From Balanoglossus misakiensis (lineage: Eukaryota; Animalia; Hemichordata): a stretch of DNA of 64,000 bases. The notes under the pieces were generated by a model that saw nothing but the letters and a program-made list of their open reading frames with translations, was not told where the DNA came from and made no database searches. Positions 13,188 to 24,784 of the stretch are shown here, piece after piece; the first letter of the stretch is position 1; each line of letters begins with the position of its first letter. The position numbers and the translations under genes are program-made. The stretch lies in assembly GCA_040954595.2 (NCBI GenBank), contig CM082595.2:9847918-9911917 (forward strand), read 5' to 3'.

Positions 13188-13329
13188 ATGAAAAAAAGAG
13201 TCCATTAGCTGTGTGTTTGAGTATGAGTGTAATATATGTATGTACGTATTTATGCATGTATGTAGCCAGCAAACACACAAAACATATTGTGTATATTCAA
13301 TTCCATACAGTGTTTGATAATAAATATGT

Positions 13330-16300
13330 TGCTGTTTTACAATTTGGCATTCACTGCTGATAATTAGGTTTCCATAGATACACGCGGAATGCAATAGAAG
13401 AGGGATAACCATATACATGTATAGAAAAGGTAGGTTACCCCTTCCCCTATCATCCAAATACTACCACAGAGGGTGCTATACTATATGACCATCAACTGAG
13501 TATCATTCAAATACTCTGTGCACAGTGGGTAAATACACATTTGTTTTTTTTAGGAGACTTTCATCAGTTGCAGTAAAATACAACGTGACTACACTATATA
13601 CACCAATGAGAATGGCCATGTAATTCAGAGAGTGCTTGATATTAAAACTGTATCATAGTTGTGGCCTTTACTGCTGATAATTAGTTTACCATAGATACAA
13701 GCCCAATGCAACAGGACAGGGATAAACATATGCAAAGACAAGATTAAACCCCACCTCCATAATCAAAATACTACCGCAGAGGGCGCTATACTATATGACC
13801 ATCAACTGAGTATCATTCAAATACTCTGTGCACAGTGGGTAAAGACACATTTGTTTTTTTAGGAGACTTTCATCAGTTGCAGTAAAATACAACATGACTA
13901 CACTATATACACCAATGAGAATGGCCGTGTAATTCAGAGAGTGCTTGATATTAAAACTGTTTCATAGTTGTGGCCTTTACTGCTGATAATAGGTTACCAT
14001 AGATACAAGCCCAATGCAACAGGACAGGGATAAACATATGCAAAGGCAAGATTAAACCCCACCTCTGTAATCAAAATAATAATAATAATAATAATTTATT
14101 TGTATAGTGTCAGTATCCACAAAAATGTGATCAATGACGCTTAAAGCAAAAGTACAATACAACAAATGGCTAAAAAACAGATTTAAAAAGTAAAGTTTTA
14201 ACATTTGATTTAAAAACAGATAAGTCTGGTGCCTGGCGAATGGTAAGTGGAAGATTATTCCAAAGAATTGGAGCAGCAACAGTAAAAGCACGATCACAAT
14301 AACTCTTGGTGCGTGATCGAACAAGGCAGAGTTTGAACTGATCAGCTGACCTTAAATTGCGACACGGAACATATAGATTAGTCATGCTAGAAAGATAGAT
14401 TGGACCAAGTTTATGAATGGATTTAAAAATGAGAACTAACATCTTAAAAACAATACGCTGTGTAACAGGTAGCCAGTGCAACTGATACAAAATTGGAGTG
14501 ATGTGACAGGTGATTTTTGAATGAGTAACAATTCTAGCAGCAATATTCTGAACGCGTTGGATACGGTTGATTGAATACTTCGGGAGCCCAAATAAAAGTG
14601 AATTACATGAATCAATTCGAGAAGTAATGAATGCATGAACTAATTGCTCTGTAGCAGAATGAGATAAATATTTGCGGATAAGCGCAATGCGACGTAAATG
14701 AAAAGTGGCAGAGCGTCAGATCTGTCCAATATGTGGCTTCATTGTCAGACAAGAGTCAAGGATCACACCAAGGCTCTTAGCCTGACAATGGACAGGAATC
14801 AGAGAATCGCCAACACGAATTTCTGAAATCCCTCTAGCAGACAGATCACCTGAAATACCAAAGAAAATAACAAATTCAGTCTTATCATCGTATAAGCACA
14901 AGAAGTTTTCAGACATCCAAAACCTAACATCGGATATACAAAGTTCAAGATTTGAAACAGTTCTTGCTGCGTTGTCTTTACTAAAAGACATATAAAGTGA
15001 AGAGTCATCTGCATAAAAACTATAAAGACAACCATGACTTTGAACTAATTCACCAAATGGAGATGGGTACATATTGAAAAGTATATGACCAAGAACTGAT
15101 CCCTGTGGTACCCCAGTGTCGAGCCGATAGAAAGGTGATTGGGTGGAATTTACAAGTACACACTGACTACGATTGGAAAGGTATGACTTAAACCACATGA
15201 GAACAGTATCTGAGAGACCAAAATACTACCACAGAGGGTGCTATACTATATGACCATCAACTGAGTATCATTCAAATACTCTGTGCACAGTGGGTAAACA
15301 CACATTTCGTTTTTTAGGAGACTTTCATCAGTTGTAGTAAAATACAACGTGACTACACTATATACACCAATGAGAATGGCCATGTAATTCAGAGAGTGCT
15401 TGATATTAAAACTGTATCATAGTTGTGGCCTTTACTGCTGATAATTAGTTTACCATAGATACAAGCCCAATGCAACATGACAGGGATAAACATATGCAAA
15501 GACAAGATTAAACCCCACCTCCATAATCAAAATACTACCACAGAGGGCGCTATACTATATGACCATCAACTGAGTATCATTCAAATACTCTGTGCACAGT
15601 GGGTAAAGACTTATTTGTTTTTTTTAGGAGACTTTCATCAGTTGCAGTAAAATACAACGTGACTACACTATATACACCAATGAGAATGGCCATGTAATTC
15701 AGAGAGTGCTTGATATTAAAACTGTTTCATAGTTGTGGCCTTTACTGCTGATAATTAGGTTACCATAGATACAAGCCCAATGCAACATGACAGGGATAAA
15801 CATATGCAAAGACAAGATTAAACCCCACCTCCATAATCAAAATACTACCACAGAGGGCGCTATACTATATGACCATCAACTGAGTATCATTCAAATACTC
15901 TGTGCACAGTGGGTAAAGACACATTTGGTTTTTTAGGAGACTTTCATCAGTTGTAGTAAAATACAACGTGACTACACTATATACACCAATGAGAATGGCC
16001 ATGTAATTCAGAGAGTGCTTGATATTAAAACTGTTTCATAGTTGTGGCCTTTACTGCTGATAATTAGGTTACCATAGATACAAGCCCAATGCAACATGAC
16101 AGGGATAAACATATGCAAAGACAAGATTTAACCCCACCTCCATAATCAAAATACTACCACAGAGGGCGCTATACTATATGACCATCAACTGAGTATCATT
16201 CAAATACTCTGTGCACAGTGGGTAAAGACACATTTGGTTTTTAGGAGACTTTCACCAGTTGCAGTAAAATACAACGTGACTACACTATATGCACCAATGA

Positions 16301-16470
16301 GAATGGCCGTGTAATTCAGAGTGCTTGTTATTAAAACTGTTTCAAAGCTGTGGCCTTTACTGCTGATAATTAGGTTACCATAGATACAAGTGGAATGGAA
16401 CCGGACAGGGATAAACATACAAAGGCTAGGTTAACCCCCCCCCAATACTACCACAGAGGGCGCTATACTG
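13330..16470 (+). repeat. ~310 bp tandem repeat, ~6 units, interrupted by a LINE
   Basis: AAATACTACC(A/G)CAGAGGG(C/T)GCTATACTATATGACCATCAACTGAG recurs at ~13456, 13766, 15221, 15530, 15840 and 16149. Only ~1.5 units are present in the left arm (7440-7930). Confidence 0.93.
14079..15218 (-). mobile_element. 5'-truncated, frameshifted L2/CR1-group LINE (RT C-terminal half)
   Basis: GVPQGSVLG, YADD, LHWLPV..RI.FK and AAP.LWN.LP motifs. AATAAA followed by a (TTA)n tail. TSD CAAAATA at 14072-14078 and 15219-15225. Confidence 0.9.
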
Positions 16471-16875
16471 ATTATCAAGTCTGTACCATTGAAATAAATC
16501 TGTGCAGATTGGGTAAATTAGGCATTTGGTTCTTCAGATTTTCATAAGTTGCACTAAAATGCTATTTGGCCCACTACAAGGACAAATAAGTCAAAAATGG
16601 CAAATTTGACGTTTACTTTGAGGTTGGCATGGGGCAATCGAGACAATACAAGAACACTGAAACTCAATTAGTGAAACACTAAAGTTGTACTTTATTTCTC
16701 TAACAAACTTAGAGAAAATTTACATGGCCATCTTTTTACTCAGAGACCTGATGTTGAATAGAAATGTGGTAGTGCAGGTCCACATGAGTGCCGTGTACTA
16801 GCCTCTCTCTCTGCAAATCCATCCACAACTTGCATGCAGATAGTGGGAGTCTGATGTAAGCAACTACTGCAGTTA

Positions 16876-17861
16876 CAGTCAGGACGTAAGTGGGATAATT
16901 AAACAGCAGGGGATCATGCAATGCAAACACTTGAACTGGCCAGTAACGTTTGAATTGCTCATTTGCATACAGTTTTTCAACTTTTTTCACAACGAAAGTT
17001 AAGCAACTAGCAACCCATTTCTGACAATTATTTCACCCCAGGCACATTACTGGTACTATGAGTGTACTACATGTGATTTTTCATGAAGTTTTATCGAGAA
17101 GAATTTCTTTACTTCCACTGACAAAATTGTGATCACGAAATTCAAAGTGACCTTGAAGTTACAAAAAAAAATATCAGCCATACCCACACAAAAATTAACC
17201 CCCTCAGGTTTTAGAAACATTATTAAACTCCTCTATTCATAATTTTGACATGAATATATCCATGCCGAGAGTCAAGGACCACAATTTACTGTGCCATAGG
17301 TCAGTCCTGAGAAGTCAGTCAGCGTGAATAGTGTATAGACTCCGTATGTAATATGCTAATGAGAGATAACGACGCGTTGAAAAGGAAGCCATTACGTCAT
17401 GGGTTAACATGCGTTGACCTACTTCAATGCATACACATATGGCAAACACGGCTGTACTCGTCGATGGCGAAGGCAATTTTTACACCGTCATTATCCCACA
17501 ACGGAGCGGCTCACACTATTATAATTTCACGGTAACTTAGTTCAATATCTTCCTAACCTACCCAATTTTTTTCAAGACAAGAAATCTTTGCCGAGAGTCA
17601 AGGACCACAATTTAAACCAACATACCGAAACTGTCTTTCTCGGGAAAGCGTCGTTAAAACTTCACGAAAAATCATCCTATCATTGACTATGGTGTTTCAT
17701 ACACGTCTTAGAAAAAACGGGTGCACTATGATCACTTGTAGTACCGAAAATCTCCGTTTGAACATTTTTCGAACTGGCCGTAACTGCCACTCAGCGACTT
17801 TCACATTCAAATAGATCTCTTTGATCTCACCGCCGTAATTACCCCACTTACGTCCTGACTG
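16876..17861. mobile_element. Non-autonomous DNA transposon, 25 bp TIR, 4 bp TSD GTTA
   Basis: TIRs CAGTCAGGACGTAAGTGGGATAATT / AATTACCCCACTTACGTCCTGACTG. GTTA at 16872-16875 and 17862-17865. Empty site CTGCAGTTAATACT at ~6957-6970. Confidence 0.88.
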
Positions 17862-17884
17862 GTTAATACTTAGAAAGTGTATTA

Positions 17885-20075
17885 CCTCCAACACCCCATG
17901 GACGGTATCATGTCATCACCAGTAGCTATAGGTTCTTTTAACACCTTGAGAGAAAAAAATGGATTGTTACTGATAGATTACAAAGCACTGACAATACAAG
18001 AGGGGGAGGGGTAAGGTTTGTTGAGAGCAGTTGTTTTTTGCTAAACATTAGTGAAAATATGAAATTATTGACATGTAGGATTTCAATTTTATGATGTAAG
18101 AGTATTTTATAATATCTCACCGGGACTTCAGTTGTCGCTGTAGTATTTAACCCAAGTTTAACTGTGCCACCCACGTCCATGCATGGCAAGGTTTTCTCTC
18201 CCAAAAGTTTCAGTTTGGTATCCCAGTTACCATCAGTTGCACTTACTCCACGCCTTCTAAGTTGAATGCAATTTACCATCACAGGATTCATACTGTGGTG
18301 CAAAGACAATTAAAAACATCGATTGTAAGTCATTTAGTAGTGATACCATTGTGACCAAACCTCGTTTTAAAATACATGTAATCTGTACTCGAAACTATCA
18401 TTTTTTTCTTTCTAGAATATTAGAACGCGCTCAAAAATAAAAATGCGACCTGTAAGCGAGTGCCGCGTTTCAATTGGTACTGACGATAAACACCGCCACT
18501 CGGAGATAAAATCAACGTTTTTTTTTTTTTTTAATGCAAGTGAACGCATGGAGGCGGCCATATTGAATTTAGGTTACATCCCAAGACATTCCGACTGGTC
18601 TTCAGGTGGATTCGGGAAAGGTCTCTAAAACATAATCGGTCATCCAATTTTGTATACTAAATTTCTAAAAATGTAGGACATGGGAGGTTAACATACCCAC
18701 AATGACTACACACAAAAAAGGGCCCAGGCGTTTCGGGGTGCGATTGTTACGTACCTAAGCTCCATCATCTGCAACCATGCAGCCAAGGCGTGGCAGTGAA
18801 ATTGTGCCTCATTGAGGATACAGTCTAGATCCGGAATTCAGCCAACGGCAAACTGTTTAGCGTGCCTTGTATGCAGCAGGATGGCAACGTTCTGGAACTT
18901 AAATTCTGGAAAGAAAATCCGAAATAGCTGAACAGATAACAGAAGAGAGAATACATACAGCTCCGCAACTTTTCCACTGGAAGATATAACACCATTTGCC
19001 TCTATGATAGAGCAAAGGTATGTTATAATCGCACCCCGAAACTTATGGGCCTTTTTTTTGACGTAGTCATTTCGGGTATCTTAACCTCCCATCTTCTACA
19101 TTTTTAGAAATTTACTCTACAAAATTGAATGACCCATTACATTTTAGAGACCTTTCCCGAATTCAACCGAAGCCTAATCGGAAGGTCTTCGGATGTAATC
19201 CAATATGGCAGCCTCCATGCGATCACGTACATTGAAAATCCATTGATTTCATCGCCGATTACCGATGTTTATCGTCAATACCGATTCAAACGCGGCACTC
19301 GTTTACAAGTCGCATTTATTTTTGATCGCGTTCCAATATTTTAAACAAACTAGATTACTGATAAAAATGCTCAAAATTTTTCCTCCAAATGCCACCTTTA
19401 CGGATTCAGTCACACAACTTACAGACTACGCCAAACTTTTTTCCAGATCATACCTTGCGGGCGTAAAGCGATGGATATACCTGAAAAATTGGTAACAGAA
19501 TTGTATCATCCGCCACAAATAATGATATCAGAAGTCGAGATATCTCCACAGAAGAAGAGGGTGTGCGTTGTAGGAAAAGTCCATGATGTGAGTACTGTCA
19601 AATGTTGCACAAATAGCCGTTAAACCTGAAATATAGATTGAAAGTGGATATTGTTTTACACAATTTTTGAACATTGAAGTAAAGTATTAGAATGATGGAA
19701 TCCGATAAAAAAAGTGAGTTGGTAATTTCGGCATCCGACTTCGTTATTAAAAATGGAAAGGTTTGCGATTCGGTTCAAGTAGTATTTGCAAGTTTGAAAG
19801 GAAATATTTCATTGAAGTACAGTGGCAACTACTGCATTATTGAGAATCTTTGAAATGTTGATGAACGGAGACTTATAATAGAATAAATGAAAACCTACCT
19901 TTAACGGTGTTAGGGTTACTACACCTGACAGACCGCTGGTCTGCGTCCGACCGATTCTGAGCTCCTAGCTCTTGTGGAGACATGCGGAGGTACAGCGGGT
20001 TAACGGTTAGGAAGTGTTGATGAAAGGAATGATTAATTACATAGGCCAATCAGGATCCTGGAGTTAGATATTCGA
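17885..20075 (-). pseudogene. OB-fold gene copy 2: promoter/exon 1/intron 1 and exons 4-5 on minus, exon 2-intron 2-exon 3 block inverted (plus, ~18781-19615), exon 6 deleted
   Basis: Exon 2 copy carries a W>stop change (AAA TAG). Junction at ~19615 joins the exon 3 donor region to the reverse complement of the exon 2 acceptor. Confidence 0.72.
19447..19587 (+). CDS. Exon 3 of OB-fold gene (IIPCGRKAMDIPEKLVTELYHPPQIMISEVEISPQKKRVCVVGKVHD); only copy in the window
   Basis: Acceptor cttttttccag| and donor |GTGAGT. 141 nt, phase 0/0, open. Ends in an OB-fold first strand (V.V.GKV). Confidence 0.68.
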
Positions 20076-21640
20076 GTGAAATGGTGGAAAAACGGGAATG
20101 CCGATTGGTTCAATTTAACCGGAGGGAAATTGCTACATTATATGACGTCAGTTGCGAACGATAATGCATATATTAAGCTAAGGTTGAATCCGGTTTTTCC
20201 ATCAAGCACAAGCATATTTCAGTCATAAAAAAAAACGAAGAGAATAACACTAAAAAAATATTTCCTTTTTAAAAACTTCACTATAGCATTATTATAATGA
20301 TGTACGTCGTACATAAAATGATACACGTGACATCGACTTGTTCAGAGTTTTAAAACAGGTAGAGAGTGCCCATGGGTAACCCGAAAACACACAAACCGGG
20401 TAAAAAATGAAAGTCCTGCGAAGGCCAGGAGTATACACTGAAAAATTACAATAAATCTAGTACAAAGGTTTGTATCCTCACGAATAATTAACTCTGATTG
20501 CATAAGTTTATTTCCGTCTCATTACCTTCTGAAAGCAAATCACTCACTTGCCGGTAAAAGTTGAGTAAAATACTACATCTAAACTGCATAGCGATGGCGG
20601 CCCATAATAATAATTGCCCAGTGTCCCACTCGCAATGCACAACTTTTTAGGCCAAGTGCTAATGATATTCGAATTTTCGAAGGTTACGCAATATACACAT
20701 ACATGTATAAATATTAATTTATGAACAATTTCCAGTGTTCACGCTGGGATTTCTTTCGTTCTAGTTTACTCGTTATATAATGTACCAATTCCCTCCGGTA
20801 AGTTGAGCCGATTCCCATCACTTTGAGCCAATCGATATTCATGGTTTTTCAGCATTTCAGTCGACTATATTTACACCTGTTGCATGTCTTTGCAGTTTTT
20901 GACTTGACGCTTACAACCGAGTCGCACCGCACGCAGTACTATGTTGTTGTCTTCATGTTTAGTTGTTGTTTTGCGCACACTATTTGCACAAAAATATCTG
21001 CTCGTTTTGTTATCAACGATCGAGTATATGTTAGGAAGTCCGACATAGAGAACTTTGTTCTAAATATTCAATGCCCCACAAATGATATACTAGACTGCTC
21101 GACACAACACACCCCAGCCATACTCCATTAGTACACGCCACAAACACCGTATTTATACAGCCTGAGGGATTTCAGCTTCGAACTTATTGCCCAATCATAT
21201 TCGACTATTTCCAACCAATCCCCTTCTGACTAATTGACCAATCACACGCTTCGAGCATAATTTCCAAAAAAGGGAAAACTAACGAATTTGCTACATCTTT
21301 CCGGTTTCATCTTCAACAGTTTCTAACATTTTTTTGGACCCCCTCCCCCTCGATAAACACCCATACTCAAAGGGTAACTTCATTTAATTGTCAGTAAATA
21401 AAATCAATTCACAGTCTTATTACATGTACTATTTATAATATACTCAAATTTCCACTACAAAATATCTGTATATGTGCGTTAAATTCTGAAATCTTTCCAC
21501 CCAAACCTCTAGTTATGCAAATTTAAATTGCTGTCTGTTGCGTTCGCCTACGGTTTCTCGAGCTCATTTTCGGACATTCGAATCTAACTCCTGATTGGCC
21601 TATAAACTTATTTCTTTCATCAACACTTTCTAACCGTTAA
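20040..21640. promoter_or_regulatory. Divergent promoter-like region between head-to-head gene copies 2 and 3
   Basis: CCAAT boxes at ~20046, 20104, 21191, 21215, 21238 and 21595, upstream of two outward-facing exon 1 copies ending in AAAG|GTAGGT. Confidence 0.4.
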
Positions 21641-22025
21641 CCCGCTGTACCTCCGCATGTCTCCACAAGAGCTAGGAGCTCAGAATCGGATGAACGAGAC
21701 AAGCGGTCTCTCACGTTTAGTAACCGTAACACCGTTAAAGGTAGGTTTTCATTGATTCTAATAAGTCTCCGTTCATCAACATTTCAAAAATTCTCCATAA
21801 CCCAGTAGTTGCCACTGTGCTTCAATGAAATATTTCCTTTCAAACTTGCAAATGGTAACCGAATCTCAAATCGCAAATCTTTCCATTTTTAATAACGAAG
21901 TCGGATGCCGCAATCACCAACTCACTTTTTTATCGGACTCCATCATTCTAATACTTTACTTTAATGTTCAAAAATTGTGTAAAACAATATCCACTCTCAA
22001 TCTATTTTTCAGGTTTAACGGCGTT

Positions 22026-22295
22026 ATGGCATCCCCGGCTCCCGGTCCCTCATCCCCAACCAGCCAAGGCGTGGCACTGAAATTGCGCCTCATGGAGGAT
22101 GTCGAGATCCGGAATTCCGCCAACGGGAAACTGTTTAGCGTGCCTTGTATGCAGCAGGATGGCAACGTTCTGGAACTTAAATTCTGGAAAGAAAATCCGA
22201 AGTGGCTGAACAGATTACAGAAGGGAGAATACGTACAGCTCCGCAACTTTTCCACTGGAAGAGATAATACCATTTGCCTCTATGATAGAGCAAAG
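22026..22295 (+). CDS. Coding part of exon 2, OB-fold gene copy 3 (MASPAPGPSSPTSQG...CLYDRAK)
   Basis: Acceptor tttttcag| at 22012, ATG at 22026, donor AAG|GTACGT. 90 open codons with OB-like pattern (DG..LELKFW......LQKGEYVQLRNF). Confidence 0.7.
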
Positions 22296-22712
22296 GTACG
22301 TTATAATCGCACCCCGTAACTTATGGGCCTGACTTTTTTTTTGCCGTAGTCATTTTGGGTATCTTAACCTCCCATCTTCTACATTTTTAGAAATTTACTC
22401 TACAAAATTGAATGACCCATTACATTTTAGAGACCTTTCCCGAATTCAACCGAAGCCCAATGGGAAGGTCTTCGGATGTAATCCAATATGGCAGCCTCCA
22501 TGCGATCACGTACATTGAAAATCCATTTATATGATACAACCATGCCTTGTCAACTCACCTCGGGTCAAAATTACTGCCATCGATTCATCATTTTGCAGTT
22601 CAAATTTTAAAAAGCAACTGACAAAAAACAACCACTCTTGCACTATTTCTCCACAACATTTACTACTCGTAATTATTACCATTCAATGTTTTCCATTTTA
22701 TTTCCACTACAG

Positions 22713-22919
22713 TATGAATCAGTGACACATACATCGAATTCTACAAAGAGACGTAAACTGACCATAACTGATGGCACAAGAGATGCTGAAGTCAACCTTT
22801 GGCGTGAGAAAACAGCGCTGCCACTGGATGTAGGTGCCACAGTTAAACTAGGCCCATTGGTTATCAACAGATATAAAACATCGTCCACATTAAATACAAC
22901 AGCGACAACTGAAGTGGAG
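22713..22919 (+). CDS. Exon 4 of OB-fold gene copy 3, RPA70/SSB-like OB core
   Basis: Acceptor tttccactacag| and donor GAG|GTGAGA; 69 codons. KRRKLTITDGTRDAEVNLWRE...LDVGATVKL...INRYKTSSTLNTTATTEVE matches the RPA-type KR.L.L.D.T......LW motif. Confidence 0.75.
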
Positions 22920-22936
22920 GTGAGACATAAAATACT

Positions 22937-24355
22937 GTTCCTGATGCTCCGTGAGAACTGTCAAGTAGCCACGGTTCTAGGCGACATAGGATGGATGTCC
23001 ACGGTACGGGAGGAGGCCATGCATGTATACGGGAAGGAAAAGACCGAAGCCAACCTGCCCGTACCATCCGACGCAGCCATAAAAACCTGCACACTACCTC
23101 GGGAGTTCAATCCAGGCCGCGTACGTGGGGGATTCGTTGGCCATATCTCCCCGCAAGAGCCCACAAGAACCACCACCGCAGCTGACGACCTGGAGGAAAC
23201 TTTGAGCATCTTCCGGGATCCGCAGCTGGAAAAACAGGTACTCGGTGGCGACAAGGACCAGGCGATGGAGGTGTCGGAAGGGCCAGACCCACCCCGCACC
23301 CGTGTATCACCCCCAATAGCAGTAGCGAGAGACGGGGGAAACCAACGGCTGCTGCAGGAGCCATCACCCCCACGCCAAGAAATGCTGCCGCTGCAGTCAC
23401 TGATCAACCCATTGGAGCTGGAGGCGACGTTGGAGGCGGGGGAATATCTAATCCCCTGGGAACTTCGACGCCACCCCGGCAGCCCTACTAGGTCCAGATC
23501 CCCAACCCGTTCGCCGCGACCGGAGCGTTCTCGAGAGGAAAGGCGGGACCGCCCACCTTCCCGTTAACGACCATCCTTTTCACGCTGGGGAGATCTCAGC
23601 CCCAGACGTCGATCACCGATCCGGTTTCCGACGCCGGAACCGCCCAAAGAAGACGAACGCCGCTGGAGGAGCGCCAGGCCGGCCCGAAGGAGCCCCCTAT
23701 CCTCTGTTCCACATTACTCATCAGGCCCTTCTCCATGTCCGTTCCCGGGAGGCCGGAGGTCCACGCGCAAACTGAAGAAACACGCCTTTCAGTGCCACCT
23801 TCCAGTTATTTTTACTGAGAAGCCGGTAGTATTCCGCGAGCGGGACGCGGTGGAGGCGTTAGAGAAACTCACCTATACTGGCTGTGTGGTCCAGGAAATG
23901 AAATACCCGACCTGCTAGACTTCTATATCCGCAGGGGCGGACCTGGACGGATCCCTACGGAATCCTTTTGTTCACCGGAGTCCATGGTGATGATGAAGCG
24001 CCTGTGCGTCTTCCGGGGGTGGGAGGTGCCGAACAGGTTCCGACTGAGCTCCCCATCCACACCAGCGATTCTCATCCACTGGCGTGTCCTTAGCATACTG
24101 CTGAGGTGGGTATCCCAATCACGACAGGAAGAATTCCGGGAAATCCGACCTCACCGGAAAACATCATCAATCCGGACACAGCAACCAGAGAGGACGGGGG
24201 CGGAAGCAGTCGCACAGAATCCATCGACGCAGGGGGAGCGAGGACGCGCCAGGGGTTTTTGATGCATTTTTTATCCCCCAAGCGTGCGCGGAGGAGTGCC
24301 GAGTGGAAGACGCGCCCACCACCATAGATGACCTCACTGACTACGATGTTGGTGT
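22937..24355 (+). mobile_element. GC-rich degenerate coding fragment of an unidentified (probably retro-) element
   Basis: Abrupt GC shift just after the exon 4 donor. Pro/Arg/Ser-rich frame, then CPFPGG...KLKKHAFQCHLP and MMKRLC...PSTPAILIHWRVLSILL; broken by stops and frameshifts. Confidence 0.4.
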
Positions 24356-24361
24356 CCCCCC

Positions 24362-24565
24362 TGTTATGTTTCCATCAACATGGGAATAATAATGCGATCA
24401 TAAGGTATAACAACAACCTATTTATTGATCGGCTGAAAAGACTCAACAATGTGCTTCGCCTTATCTGGGCGGAAGTGACATCGTACAGCAATTCATAAAC
24501 AAGTGGAACACCAACAATGCAACACTAGAGGGCGCTATATTGATCGTAGCTGTCAGAATACTACA
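24362..24565 (-). repeat. 3' LTR
   Basis: Direct repeat of 29047-29250, adjacent to the PPT. Confidence 0.95.
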
Positions 24566-24784
24566 TCCCCTCTTCTTTAAGATAAATTGTTTCAAAACTC
24601 TTTTTGAATACGAATGTCACTGTGAATTGTCCTGTGCAAACTCTGCATTCATCTTGAATCAGTCTTTGTCAAAATCAAACGCAACGAACATGAAAAATAC
24701 TCTGGGAAAAATGTGATAAATTTTCCTCTGTATAACTCAACTTTCTGTGGAACAAATGGCGTATCTCAATATCAGAAAAAGCTA

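Larger units (their letters stand above)
13020..20002 (-). repeat. Right arm of fold-back 1, expanded by a tandem repeat, a LINE and a DNA-transposon insertion
   Basis: Reverse-complement colinearity with 5169-8735. Confidence 0.88.

Noticed and set aside
13520-16245. RAG RSS-like CACAGTG heptamers in the 310 bp repeat
   Set aside because: The downstream T-rich tract (GGTTTTTT) is in the wrong orientation for a nonamer and spacing is not 12/23.
22638-23567. 309 aa ORF as a single gene
   Set aside because: Chimera of intron, exon 4 and read-through past a GTGAGA donor into unrelated GC-rich sequence.
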